Counted from the first letter of the stretch, positions 12,673-24,640 are shown. The stretch: 64,000 nucleotides of DNA from Squalus acanthias (GCA_030390025.1 CM059431.1:115880001-115944000); one strand, 5' to 3'. Made by a program: numbers and translations. The notes: generated by a model not told the origin, from the letters alone.

Positions 12673-12686
12673 TGGTGACCCTGACG
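12673..12686 (+). promoter_or_regulatory. Primer-binding site complementary to the tRNA-Trp 3' end
   Basis: TGGTGACCCTGACG versus canonical TGGTGACCCCGACG (one mismatch), immediately after the LTR. Confidence 0.8.
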
Positions 12687-12711
12687 CTCAGAACGTATTC
12701 CGAGCACTGCA

Positions 12712-15700
12712 ATGGCGGACACGAACGCAGTTTCCTTGAAACTGCCAGAGTTTTGGGAAAACCAGCCCGAAGCCTGGTTTCTCCAAGCTGAATCGCGCTT
12801 CTGGCTGCAACGCATCACCACAGATGGGACGAAGTACGACTATCTCGTCACATCACTCGGTAGTGCCACAGTTTCGAAGGTTTGGACAACGCTGCAGAAC
12901 CTACCAGAGGAAGGCAAGTACGCACATCTCAAAACAGCGCTCCTTAAAAAATTTACGGCCTCGGCATATCAGCGAAACTGCCACCTCCTCGACCTTCCAG
13001 GCCTCGGTGATGCCTCACCGTCAGACCTCCTCTCCCACATGCTCTCCCTCACCGATGAGAGCCCACCCGGATCCCTCTTCCGCACGCTGTTAAACCGCCA
13101 GCTCCCTCTCAGCATCCGCCCAGCGATCGTGGCGTCCGGCCTCACGAACCTGGAAGCCCTGGCCGATGAGGCCGACAAGCTGCTGTCCGCTCACTCCAGC
13201 CGCGACGTCACCCCGGACCTGGCAGCCAATGCCTGGGCGCACCCCTCACCGGCCAGCACGCGGCCACAAGGGCCTGCCACCAGGCCCACGGGGCCTTCAC
13301 ACCCCACTAACCCGGGCCACTGTTACTACCACGCACGGTTCGGCGCCAGGGCACAACGGTGCACACCTCCCTGCTCTTTCAAGTCCGCCCCCGTACCAGC
13401 CCCCGCGATGGCCGTGGGCCACGCAGGCTCCCTGCTGTTTGTCACGGATGACAAAAACCGGCCGTCGGTTCCTGTGCGACACTGGGGCTCAGCACAGCAT
13501 CATCCCGGCCTCTTCCCTCGACATCCAAAAGGGCGAACGAGGACCGGCGCTGGCTGCTGCTAACGGCTCGGAAATCCGGACGTATGGCACCCGGACAGTC
13601 ACCCTCGACCTCGCTGGTCACCGCTACCGATGGGAGTTCATCACTGCCAAGGTGCTCTCCCCCCTCATTGGCGCAGATTTCCTGTGCGCCCACGGCCTAC
13701 TGGTAGATATCCCCCGTCACCGCCTCGTGGACATGAACACCATGTCCCCCATCCTGGGCACCATGGCCCCCCGTCAACCCGCCAACATGGCGTCACAGTG
13801 CCACGCCCGGGCCACGGATGACTACTCGGCACTCCTGGCCGAATTCCCGGCCCTTACCAATCCGACCTTCTCCGCGGAGGCCGTCAAACACAGGGTGGAA
13901 TACTTCATCCCCACCACAGGCCTCCCAGTGTACGCACACGCCCACAGGCTGGACTGGCCAAACTGGAGATCGGGCGGACCGAGTTTGCCACCATGGAACA
14001 GCTCGGCAACAGTCCCTGGGCCTCCTCACTCCACATCGCCTCCAAACCAGGCGGAGGTTGGCGGCCATGCGGGGATTACCACTGCCTCAATGACGCCACC
14101 ACCCCTGATCGGTACCCCGTGCCGCACATTCAGGACTTCTCGGCTAGACTGGCCGGCCGCTCAGTCTTTTCCAAGGTCGACCTGGTGTGCGGCTACACCA
14201 AGTCCCCGTCCACCCCGCGGACGTCCCCAAGACGGCCGTAATCACCCCCTTCGGCCTGTTCGAGTTCCTGCGGATGCCCTTCGGCCTCAAAAACGCGGCC
14301 CAGGCATTCCAACGGCTCATGGACTCGGTCCTTCGGGACCTGAAGTTCCTGTTCGTCTACCTGGACGACATCCTGGTAGCCAGTTCCTCCAAGCAGGAAC
14401 ACCTCGAACACCTTTGCATCCTGTTCGGGCGCCTCAGCGACCACGGGCTCATCCTCAGCCCAGCCAAATGCCAGTTCGGCCTGGACAAGATCGACTTCCT
14501 CAGCCACCACATCACCCATGCTGGGGCCATTCCCCTGCCCACCAAGGTGCACGCCGTCCAACAATTTCCCCGCCCCACCACCATCAAAGGCCTCCAGGAG
14601 TTCCTCGGGATGGTGAATTTCGATAACCGCTTCATCTCCAAAGCGGCGTCCCTCATGAGGCCCCTGTATGAAGCCCTCCGGGGCAGGAGCGGCAAGATGA
14701 CGGTCGAATGGACGGCAGACGCGTCCGCCGCCTTCGATTCCACCAAGACCGCGCTCGCCAACGCCACCCTGCTCGTGCACCCACAGCCCAATGCCAGGGT
14801 AGCGCTCACCATGGACACCTCCGACCAAGCGGTCGGCGCCGTGTATGAGCAGTGGGTCGACGGCGCCTGGCAACCACTTGCCTTCTTCAGCTGCCAACTA
14901 CGCTCCCCGGAGGTCAAGTACAGCACCTTCGACCGCGAGCTCCTCGCGCTGTTCCTGGCGGTCCGCCATTTCCGGTTTTTGCTTGAGGGCCACCCCTTCA
15001 CTGCGTATTTCGACCACAAGCCCCTGACATTCGCAATGGCAAAGACAACCGACCCCTGGTCCGCCAGCCAGCAGCGCCAGCTCGCGGCAATGTCCGAGTT
15101 CACCACGGACATCCAACACGTCTCTGGCCGAGACAATGTGGTAGCCGACTGCCTCTCCCGCCCCGCCATCCACGCCGCACACCTAGCAGTCGACTACACT
15201 CAACTCGCAGCAGTCCAGATCACCGACCCTGATCTGCTCTCCGCACCCACCAACCTACCAGGGCTACGCCTGGCCGACGTCGCCTGTGGCCCGACCGCAG
15301 TCACGGTCAAGTGCGACATATCCCTATGTCAACCTCGGCCCGTCGTCCCAGCGTCCTGGCGCCGCCGGGTATTCGACATTCTCCACAACCTCTCCCACCC
15401 CGGCGCCCACGCATCCATCAAATTGGTAGCCAACCGCTTCGTCTGGCGCGGCCTTCGCAAGGATGTGCGTACTTGGGCCAACTCCTGCCTAGCCTGCCAA
15501 CGGGCCAAGGTACAGCAACACACGAAAGCACCCCTCGAGGAGTTTACCATCCCCTCGCGGAGATTCGACCACATCCACGTGGACATCGTCGGGCCCCTGC
15601 CGCCGTCGCAAGGCCACACACTCTTGCTGACGATCGTTGACCGCACCACACGCTGGCCTGAGGCAATTCCACTGACCTCTACCACCTCCGCCGACATCGC

Positions 15701-16400
15701 CAGAGCTTTCGTCAGCACCTGGGTCGCACGGTTCGGCGTCCCCTCCGACATGACGTCGGACAGAGGTCCGCAATTTACCGCTGAACTCTGGACCGCCGTC
15801 GCACGCAATCTCGGGGTGACCATTCACTGCACCACAGCGTACCACCCCCAAGCCAACGGACTGTGTGAGCGGTTCCACAGATCCTTGAAGGCATCTCTTC
15901 GAGCCAGCCTCCAAGACGGCGCCTGGACCGACCGACTTCCGTGGGTCCTCCTCGGCCTGCGCACTGTGGTTAAAGAAGACCTCCACGCATCGGCAGCAGA
16001 GCTTGTGTACGGTCAGCCGCTGCGCATACCCGGCGAGTTCTTGCCCACTGCCACGACACCCTGGTCAGCCGACCAGCAACGCCACGACTTCGCCTCACCG
16101 GCGCTGCAGTTTGCCCCGGTTCCCATTGCCCGACACGGCGAATCCACCTCACACGTCCCACTAAGCCTGCGCCAGGCACGGTTTGTTTTCGTCCGGCACG
16201 ATGCCCACCGCGGACCCCTTCAACCCCCGTACGACGGGCCCTACAAGGTGCTACAGGCTGGGGACAAATTTTTCACCCTGCAAGTGGGCGACAGGACCGA
16301 AAAAGTGTCGATTGACTGACTCAAGCCAGCACACTCGGAGCCCGGTGAGCAGGTCCCTGTAGCTCGTCCACCTCCACGCGGCCGACCTGCCCTCAAGCCG
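12712..16400 (+). pseudogene. Gypsy gag-pol polyprotein, frameshifted
   Basis: Gag KLPEFW..PEAWF with CHCC knuckle (CYYH-x9-C-x3-C); protease FLCDTGA; RT YLDD; RNase H; integrase HNLSH..CLAC, D-D-E and GPY motif. Frameshifts at ~13455, ~13960 and ~14195; premature TGA at 16317. Confidence 0.93.
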
Positions 16401-16528
16401 GTTCACCCGGCTGCTCCACGCCCGGCCGTTCCACGTCCACCGGCGTCCTACAAGAGCCGCTCCGGCCGGCCCATCAGACCACCGCACCATCTCATCCACA
16501 CCTCCTAAGCGGATTCTGGGGGGAGCTG

Positions 16529-16766
16529 TGTGGCGGATCACCACCGAAACGGGCATAATCCACTCTTCCGTCTGTGGACAAATATCCAGCACCTTCCCTT
16601 TAAGGCACATTACCATTAAGGCAGGAGTGGGCGGGGTCTCAGGGTTTGCCCAGAGAATTCTGGGGGCTTTTCTGTTCAGCCATTTTGGACTATGCTGTGA
16701 TTAAAAAGTCTCTTGTTTAACACACATGGATTCAGCCTTAATTCATGTTTCGCGGCAGCCTCAACA
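16529..16766 (+). repeat. 3' LTR (238 bp)
   Basis: Direct repeat of the 5' LTR, preceded by a polypurine tract. Confidence 0.95.
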
Positions 16767-17893
16767 ACACCAAAATAATTCAGAGGGACAGAAAATCATC
16801 TCTTTTTCAAGAACAAGCAATTCTGTTTAGAGTTACGCATGACTTTGGAAGCAGTGAAAGATACAAACTAAAATGATTCATGGGGTCACTTTGGGACATT
16901 TGGATACATTATAACTAAAGGATAAACTTTTGTTAAGTTAAACGGCTTTTAGTAAGAATTCAAAGTTACAAAATATTACAAAGTATTTACGGCACAGAAA
17001 CAGGCCATTCGGCTCAACAAGTCCATGCCGGTGTTTATGCTCCATGCAGGCTTCCTCCCACCACTCTTCATCTCACCCCATCAACATATCCTTCTATTCC
17101 TTTCTCCCTCATGTGCTAATCTAGCTTCCCCTGAAATGCATCGATGCTATTTGCCTCAACTACTCCCTGTGGTTGCGAGTTCCACATTCAAACCACTCTC
17201 TGAGTAAAACGTTTCTCCTGAATTCCCGATTGGATTTATTCGTGACTATCTTATGCTTACGCTCCCTAGTTCTGTTCTCGTCTGCAAGTAGAAACATCTT
17301 CTTAATGTCTACTCTATCAAACCCTTTCATAATCTTGAAGACCTCTGTCAGGTCACCTCTGACTCCCTGGCCGCAAATTTAATAGACCTTAGAGGCGGGT
17401 TTGGAGGAGGGTTGGTAGCGAAAATCGGAAAAATTGACGGTGGGCTGCGAACCCGCCTCCACGCTACTTTGGCAAGTGTTGGGTCAGCGGCTCCCAACCG
17501 GACCCGACACCAAACGGCGGGAGAGGCACTTAAGGCAGTTAACAGCTTGTTAACTGCCTGGATAACCTTATTTTAACTGCCTGATTGGATTTTGCAGCTT
17601 TTTCTGCGTGCTGCCCGCCTTCAGAAAACACGCCAGCTGCATTGAGCCGGGTTTAGCGAGGACCTGAATTGTTGGCAGCTGCTCGATCAGTTTAAAAGCG
17701 GTCCTGCAACCTCTGATAGTTTCAGATGCCACAACTTAGTGCTTTGAGGTTTGGGACACTTTCTGCAGCTCTACTAATCTTGTGAGTGTTGAGGCTGAAA
17801 TCCATCTGCAGTGTGAGCTCCTTGGAATACCCGCAGGCCACTTTGTCTGAGCGCAAACAACTCCATTCCTCGACTGAGATATATACCAGTGGT

Positions 17894-19167
17894 ATGGGAA
17901 CCATTTATATCCTCTCATCCTGGTCGTCAGATTCGGAGGAAGAGCAGCCGCGGCAGCAGCAGAACCAGGCACAACAGCAGCACCAACAACAGGAGCGCCA
18001 ACCTTCTCCTCACCCACCTGATGATGCACAGGGCAGAAGGCCTGCACCTCGCCACAGGAGATACCCCCAACACAGGGTTTACAGGCCGAGGATGAGCTTC
18101 CTCAACATGAGTGAGCAGCAGTGCCAAAGGAGGCTGAGACTTTCGCGAGAGGTAGTCGCCGACATCTGCGCAATGCTGCACCAACACCTGGAGCCCAGAG
18201 GAGCGTGTGGACACTCCTTACCAGTGGCTGTCAAATCACCACCGCCCTCAACTTCTTTGCTTCAGGGTCCTTCCAGGGATCAGCTGCACACATCAGCGGC
18301 ATCTCCCAGTCGGCCGTACACGCCTGCATCACGCAGGCTACCGATGCCCTCTAAGTAAAAGCACACAATTACATCCTCTTCTCCACGGATGAAGCAAGTG
18401 TAACCTCGCATGCAGTTGACTTTGCAAATATGGCAGGCTTCCCAAGGGTGCAGGGCATTGTAGACTGCATACATGTGGCCATTAGGGCACCCCATCACAA
18501 CCCAGCTGTATTTGTCTACCGCAAGACTTCCACTTCCTTAACGTCCAGCTGGTGTGTAACCACAGGAAGATCATCATGCATGTTTGCGCAAAGTACCCTG
18601 GCAGTTGCCATGACTCCGTCATCCTGCGGCAGTCTACTGTGCCTCAGCTCTTCAATCCGCCAACCCAACTTCCTGGATGGCTACTTGGCGACAAGGGCTA
18701 TCCCCTGAAAAAGTGGCTCATGACACCGATGTGGAGGCCACCAAACGAGGCTGAGGAGTGGTACAATCTGATCCACATGTCAATCAGAAGCATCATAAAG
18801 CAAACCATCAGCTTGCTCAAAATGCGATTCCGGTGCATCGACAGATCTGGTGGAGCCCTGCAGTATGCACCAGCCGGGGTGTCCAGAATCATCGTCGCCT
18901 GCTGTGCCCTGCATAACATTGCACTGCAGCGTGGCTTGGCGCTGCCTGAGGAACAATTGGCTCAGCGCACAGCCTCCTCGGAAGAAGAGGAGGACGAGGA
19001 GGAGGAGGAGGAGGAGGAGGAGGAAGAGGACGGGGAGGAGGCCGAGGAGGAGGAGGAGGAAGAGGAGGAGGACGAAGATGAGGACAGGTGTGGCCAATGC
19101 AGCAGCACTCGACCACATTGTTGGCCATCAGGCGAGGGATGCACTCATCCATGCCAGATTCGCGTAA
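17894..19167 (+). pseudogene. Harbinger DDE transposase (HARBI1-like), disrupted
   Basis: [68 protein letters not shown], poly-Glu tail. Frameshifts at ~18235 and ~18525, a stop at 18352, and IKQ in place of the conserved IEQ. Confidence 0.92.
18980..19082 (+). repeat. (GAG)n-rich tract encoding poly-Glu
   Basis: Visible trinucleotide repeat. Confidence 0.9.
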
Positions 19168-19499
19168 GCTTACGCTTCAACCACAGGTGGCTGGCATATG
19201 GCTATGAATGTGTGGACGACCTTCTTAACACGCCATACATCATCTCTCCAATAAACAATGCTTTCCTATTACTTTCAGCACCATCATTACAAATGCAAGT
19301 CGTCCTGAGCCCTCAATGTGCAACTTCCATTTCCCAGAACACATCGGCCAGAACTTCAACTCTTTGCCATCACTTTTGTTTAATCACATCACAAAAGGAT
19401 GGCAACTAATACTTTACAACAGAACAAAACACCCAAGTGACTACACTTGTGACTATTTGTGTGTTAACTTCCTCTTATGTGTGCTTCTACATGGTGCTT

Positions 19500-21337
19500 C
19501 CCTTGTGCAGATGAAGAGGCACCTTGCTCACTTTGATGCTGTGCCTGCTTAGACGCCTTTGGCAGGCGTCCTCTGGGTTTGGGAGCCTGGGAGGGCTCCT
19601 CCACAGTCTGCTCTTCCTGCAGCTGTGCAGGGGCTGAGACGGCCATTTCAGTTGGGTGAGGAATCTAGGGCTCTGACCGAGGACTCCGCAGTGACATGGT
19701 TGTGTGAGCGCTTGGAGAGGAGCCCACACTTCCTTGTTGCCTGACACCAACATCCCTCTCATGGGTCACCCGCACTTCAGTGCTAGCAAGTGGCTGGAGA
19801 GCACCTTGCTGCATATCAGTGGGGCCATGAGGACCCGTCTCTGTAATGACAGTCCTCATAACGGGGACGTCCATGTACCTTTGGTGTCTCTCCTCAATAG
19901 ATGCCCATCTATCCTCCATAGCAGACCATCTATTAAGAAGAGTCACCATGTTTTTGCTAGTCTGGCGACTTATGTCCTCCATGGAGGTTGCCACCCTCTC
20001 CATGGCGGCACGGTCATGTGCCATTGCCTCCACAAAGGCAGTGCTCATGTTAGAGATGGACTCCTCCATTCTCTCCACACTTGCAGTTACCCTGGATGCA
20101 AACCCTGTCAGAGACTCCTGCACTTGTTCCTGGAGTTCTCTTTCTGGATGGCCCCAGAGGCACAGGGTCCACATGCAGCTGAGCTGAGCTAGGAGCATCC
20201 TGCGACCTCCGACGAGGACTCTCCACTGCTGCCCCTGTCTCCACCATCTGCTGATGCTCACTTGTGAGCTGTGATACAACAGGTGACAACGAAGGCCCTA
20301 TGTTGCGAAGGCCCCGCTGAGGTGTGCGTTTCTGCGCTGGTGCTGGGTGCGCTGAGTCCTGGTGACGCTGCTCTCTCAGAGGCTGCAGGTTCCTCTGAGG
20401 AGTCAACCGGCTCTCCCTCCTGGACAGTGGGGAGGGGATGGTCCTGTGGGAGAGTAAAGGCACGAGTTAGACATCAGATTTTTAAGTAGCAGACACATCC
20501 TATTGTGCAGATGATCAAAAGTCAATCTCTGTGAACATCATATGCCATTGCAGCCAATCATGAAATCTAAATGCGAGGGTTGAAAATCTATTCTGTCACC
20601 AGCTTCGTCTAGTGCGCCCATCTCTCCGTCCCGACTTCCAGCTCCTCGCCACCTCCAACATCTCGTGAACAGCCTCCTCAGCACTTGTCAATGTCGCCAG
20701 GGATGGTGGGCCTCCTCCTGTCGACGCTCTCTCCCTCTTATTGTGGGCTATCTTTTCCTGCAAGGAGGGACACAAGTGGAGTTTCAGAGAGAGTGATGGA
20801 GTGACTGTGAAGAATCCATAACATAGAAACTTAGAGGGAGACCAAGATAGAGTGAGGTGCCAAGAGGAAGCTGCCTCCCTGTGCATTGTTAGTTGTTGTC
20901 ATTGCATAACAGTGAGAGCGAGTGTGAGGGGTGCATAGGATGGGGAAGTGATTCAGTACAGAGAGAGAGATGGATAGGTAAGGGTGCAAGGGAAGTAAGG
21001 GTATGGTGGGATGTGGAGGAGCAGGCTTACAAAGCAGAGTGCTGGTGATGAGAAGAGAAGGGAAGCAGATTGAAGGTAAGTGTGATGTGATACTCACTTT
21101 TGATGATTGCAGAAGATCATTAAACCGTTTCCGGCACTGGACCCAGGTGCGTGAACATAAGGTCCTTGCGCTGACCTCCTCAGCAATGTGCAGCCAGGCT
21201 GCCTTTGTTTGCTGAGAAGGTTTCCTCCGGCCATCGGGAGGGAACAGAATCTCCCTGCACCCTCTTACTCCCTCCACAAGAGCTTGGAGGGAGCCCTCAT
21301 TGAACCTTGGAGCAGCCTTGGCTTTGGCAGCAGTCAT
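19500..21337 (-). pseudogene. Harbinger Myb/SANT-like DNA-binding protein gene; exons ~21337-21098, ~20759-20598, ~20443-19500
   Basis: Exon 1 MTAAKAKAAPRFNEGSLQALVEGV...AWLHIAEEVSA...RTWVQCRKRFNDL|gtgagt. Exon 2 ttgcag|EKIAHNKRERASTGGGPP. Coiled-coil-like last exon with frameshifts. Confidence 0.88.
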
Positions 21338-21477
21338 TGTAACCTGGGCCCATTCAAACAGCAGCAGAAAGGAGAAATGAGAGGCTGAGGCTACATGGAC
21401 CCCTTAAAAACAACTACAGCAATGGCGTCATCAGTGGACAAAAATGAGAAGTCGCACAACACCAGGTTACAGTCCAA

Positions 21478-22220
21478 GGGGTAAAAATTGAGTCGCGCCC
21501 CATTTGGGGCGCTAACCTCGCCGGGGCGCGACTTTTAGCGCCCCGAAAAAATTAGCGGCCCCACGCCGGAACTTCAGTGGTTGCGCCCCAAGAGGGAAGC
21601 GGGGCGCCACTGGAAGCACCCCGCATCCCTCTTGGGGCGCTGCGAGTGAATATCCTGGCGCTACGTGCCGCAGCGCGCGCCGCGGTATTGCAGGCCTTCC
21701 TCCCCTTCTTAAAGGGGAGGGACCCTGCGCAGCGCGAACCGGGGCCCAGCTGGGCCCCCAGGGATCGGGAGTGCCGGCAAAAGAGCCCGGCACTCAAGAG
21801 AAGTGCCGGGCTCTTGGAGCGCAGCCGGCACTTCACGGTGGGGGGGCTTCACGGGGGCCGGGGGCAGGTGCTGGCAGGCGGCCAGCAACAAAAATGGCCG
21901 CCTGCCACCTCCCCTTTAAATATCGCCGCCCCGGCCGCACGTACGCCTCCCTGAACCCGTCGGACATAGCGTCTGGCGGTAAATCAGGGGGCGCGACTGA
22001 AGATCGCGGCTGGAGCGCGAGTGGGGTGCTGCGCACGGCGATGACGTCATCGCCGGCGGCGCAGCGCCACAGGGTGCTACCGGCTGGCGCCGCCGCTAAC
22101 CTCCCGCTGAATTTTTCGGGAGGCGTGGGCGGCGCTGCGCCCGGGCGTTAGCTGCTTTACGCCCCATTAGCGCCCTCTTAAGGCGCTAACGGGAGGCGCA
22201 AGCAGCTGAATTTTCCCCCC
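21478..22220. mobile_element. GC/CpG-rich Harbinger-type MITE (family A) inserted in the Penelope element
   Basis: CAA TSD (removal restores agtccaacagtttt). Termini ggggtaaaaatt / aattttcccccc. Confidence 0.88.
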
Positions 22221-22239
22221 CAACAGTTTTATTTGAAAT

Positions 22240-22274
22240 TACGAGCTTTCGGAGCGCTGCTCCTTCGTCAGGTA
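22240..22274 (-). ncRNA. Minimal hammerhead ribozyme motif (inverted Penelope end)
   Basis: Exact reverse complement of 23397-23431. Confidence 0.65.
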
Positions 22275-22383
22275 CAGTGAGGGAATACAAATCGGTTACC
22301 AAGTATATATAGACAGAGAACAATGTGTCTGCAAAGATACAATCCGTCAGGGAGGCATTACATCAAAGACACAGCAGAGTACA

Positions 22384-23164
22384 CGATGGACACCTATGGA
22401 CGCTGAAAGACGCCCTCGTAAGAACGGGATATGACGCTCGACTCATCGATCAACAGTTCCGACGGGCCACAGCGAAAAATCGCATAGACCTCCTCAGAAG
22501 GCGAACACGGGACACAACCAACAGAGTACCCTACGTCGTCCAGTAATTCCCCGGAGCGGAGAAACTAAGCCATGTTCTTTGCAGCCTTCAACATGTCATC
22601 GATGACGACGAACACCTTGCTAAAGCCATCCCCACGCCTCCACTACTCGCCTTCAAGCAGCCGCCTAACCTCAAAAGTACCATCGTTCGCAGCAAATTAC
22701 CCAGCTGTCAGGAGAATAGCGACCACGACACCACACAACCCTGCCACGGCAACCTCTGCAAGACATGCCAGATCATCAACACAGATACCATCATCACACA
22801 TGAGGACACTACCCACCAGGAACATGGTACATACTCATGTGACTCGGCCAACGTTGTCTACCTCATACGTTGCAGGAAAGAATGCACCGCAGCATGGTAC
22901 ACCGGCGAGACCATGCAGACACTGAGACAACGTATGAACGGACACCACGCAACAATCGCCAGGCAGGATTGTTACCTCCCAGTCGGGGAACACTTCAGCA
23001 GTCAAGGACATTCAGCCTCGGATCTGCGGGTTAGCGTTCTCCAAGGCGGCCTTCGAGACACACGACAACGCAAAATCATCGAGCAGAAACTGATAGCCAA
23101 GTTTCGCACCCATGAGGACGGCCTCAACCGGGATCTCGGTTTCATGTCACGCTACAGGACGTGA
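22384..23164 (+). pseudogene. Penelope ORF C-terminus: RT thumb, Cys-rich linker, GIY-YIG endonuclease
   Basis: Single frame with one stop (22544): PCHGNLCKTC...SCDSANVVYLIRC...WYTGET..LRQRMNGH...VGEHF...E..LI..F....GLN. Confidence 0.9.
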
Positions 23165-23396
23165 CTCGACGTCATTGTCTGGTTCACAGATGTGATTTCC
23201 AGTTTTAACTAAAAAGTAAAAAGCTTAACTGCAGACTGCAGCATTTAATACGTTGGACCCCCTGTGACCCCACCTCATTGTCTTAGCTGTACTCTGCTGT
23301 GTCTTTGATGTAATGCCTCCCTGATGGATTGTATCTCTGCAGACACATTGTTCTCTGTCTAGATATACTTTGTAATCGATTTGTATTCCCTCACTG

Positions 23397-23431
23397 TACC
23401 TGACGAAGGAGCAGCGCTCCGAAAGCTCGTA
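23397..23431 (+). ncRNA. Minimal hammerhead ribozyme motif in the Penelope 3' terminal repeat
   Basis: TAC-CTGACGA-A-GGAGC(AGC)GCTCC-GAA-AGCT-C-GTA: catalytic core, 5-bp stem II, palindromic stem III, 3-bp stem I. Confidence 0.7.
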
Positions 23432-24332
23432 ATTTCAAATAAAACTGTTGGACTATAACCTGGTGTTGTGCGACTTCTCATTTTTGTCCACCCCAGTCCA
23501 ACACCGGCATCTCCGCATCGTCATCAGTGGAGAGCAACAGACATGCTCCCACTCATTGGACTGGCCAGCACGCACGACGGGACTAATTAGGGCAATTAAA
23601 CTAAAATCGGAAATCGGGAGCGGCTGAAACCGAAAGCGGGAGCGGAACCCGCCCACCAGGCGACCTGACTCCAACCCGCCTCCTCTATTGACTTCGCGGC
23701 TCCTGAGTCTTCTCCTTTCCAGAGAAAAGAGCCCCAGCCTGTTCAATCTTTCTGATAGGTATAACCTAAATTCAGTGTTGTATAAATGGATAATGAAAGA
23801 TCAGACGGAGATCAAACACTTACTCAATTGGAACTTGCTCGTATTAGTATTCTGTTATATTAAAGTGCAGCTGCCATGAAATCACATTTCATTATGAATC
23901 TAGAAACAGAATTATTATTTCAGTCCCACCCTCGCCCACTGAAATCTTTCAACACACAGTGAAATATAAACTCCAACAGGTTTTAATACGAATGTTAACT
24001 ACAATTTGAACCTGGCCTCTGCTGGAATGTAAATGTAGCACAGTAATAGTCTGTGTGTTTATAGTTTGAATAATTAGCATAATATTAACAGCTGCAAAAC
24101 GTGGCGAAACCTAAATCCTTGGAGGTATCATTCTTTTATCAGTACTGCATCAGTTACCTGAAGTGCATGTGGTTACATTAATGCGGAAGATTATATTTCT
24201 GGGGTTTGGTCAAGGTAAAAGGATAGCCACCGACTTACAAAATCCTGCTGCTCCATTAAACTCAAGCTGCTTCTTTTCAGCGCAGAGGCGAATTGATTAA
24301 GTAGTTAAGGAAAGGAAAGCATGATTTACCGC

Positions 24333-24640
24333 AACACGGTGGCATAGTGGTTAGCACTGCTGCCTCACAGCGCCAGGGACCCGGGTTCGAATCCGGGCTC
24401 GGGTGACTGTCTGTGTGGAGTTTGCACATTCTCCCCGTGTCTGCGTGGGTTTCCTCCGGGTGCTCCGTTTCCTCCCACAGTCAAAGATGTGCGGGTTAGG
24501 TTGATTTGGCTATGATAAATTGACCCTTAGTGTTAGGGGGGATTAAATACGTGGGGTTACAGGGATAGGGTGGGATATGTGTCGGTGCAGGCTCGATGGG
24601 CCGAAATGGCCTCTATCTGCACTGTGGGGATTCTGTGAAA
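24333..24640 (+). mobile_element. tRNA-derived V-SINE (HE1-like)
   Basis: A box TGGCATAGTGG, B box GGTTCGAATCC, V domain gtggagtttgcacattctccccgtgtctgcgtgggtttcctcc, and CR1-type tail gatgggccgaaatggcct. Confidence 0.9.

Larger units (their letters stand above)
12434..16766 (+). mobile_element. Full-length Ty3/Gypsy LTR retrotransposon, CsRn1/Kabuki-like clade
   Basis: TG...CA LTRs at 12434-12671 and 16529-16766. ACAC TSD at 12430-12433 and 16767-16770. PBS TGGTGACCCTGACG, polypurine tract ggggggag before the 3' LTR, and gag-PR-RT-RH-IN domain order. Confidence 0.97.
21439..23518 (+). mobile_element. Penelope-like element (Neptune-type), 5'-truncated with an inverted terminal copy
   Basis: 13-bp TSD CGTCATCAGTGGA (21426-21438, 23519-23531). 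The ~205-bp 3' end (23288-23491) is inverted at 21434-22383 once the MITE is removed. Encodes an RT-thumb, Cys linker and GIY-YIG ORF. Confidence 0.9.
17370..23700. mobile_element. Near-complete PIF/Harbinger DNA transposon (transposase plus Myb/SANT gene, convergent)
   Basis: Imperfect TIRs gccgcaaatttaataga..gaggcggg and cccgcctcctctattgacttcgcggc. Candidate CTG TSD. Two convergent genes. Confidence 0.88.
16975..23770 (-). mobile_element. CR1 3' fragment split by the Harbinger insertion (16975-17368 plus 23701-23770)
   Basis: ...aggtcacctctg| and |agtcttctcctttccagagaaaagagccccagcctg rejoin to the RLGLFSLERRRLRGDL coding end seen intact at ~35720-35780. Confidence 0.8.

Noticed and set aside
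13440..13470. Programmed gag-pol frameshift in the Gypsy element
   Set aside because: The shift falls inside the protease N-terminus at an A5 run. Removing one A gives LLFVTDDKTGRRFLCDTG, so it is more likely a homopolymer mutation or sequencing error.
14193..15986. Long antisense ORFs (234, 270, 164, 165 aa) over pol
   Set aside because: Expected shadows of GC-rich coding sequence, with no independent motifs.
17894..21337. Domesticated host HARBI1/NAIF1 gene pair
   Set aside because: Both genes are frameshifted, the pair is flanked by TIRs, and it is inserted into a CR1, so it is a decayed transposon.
24333..24410. tRNA gene
   Set aside because: The A/B boxes continue into a V domain and LINE tail, so this is a SINE head.
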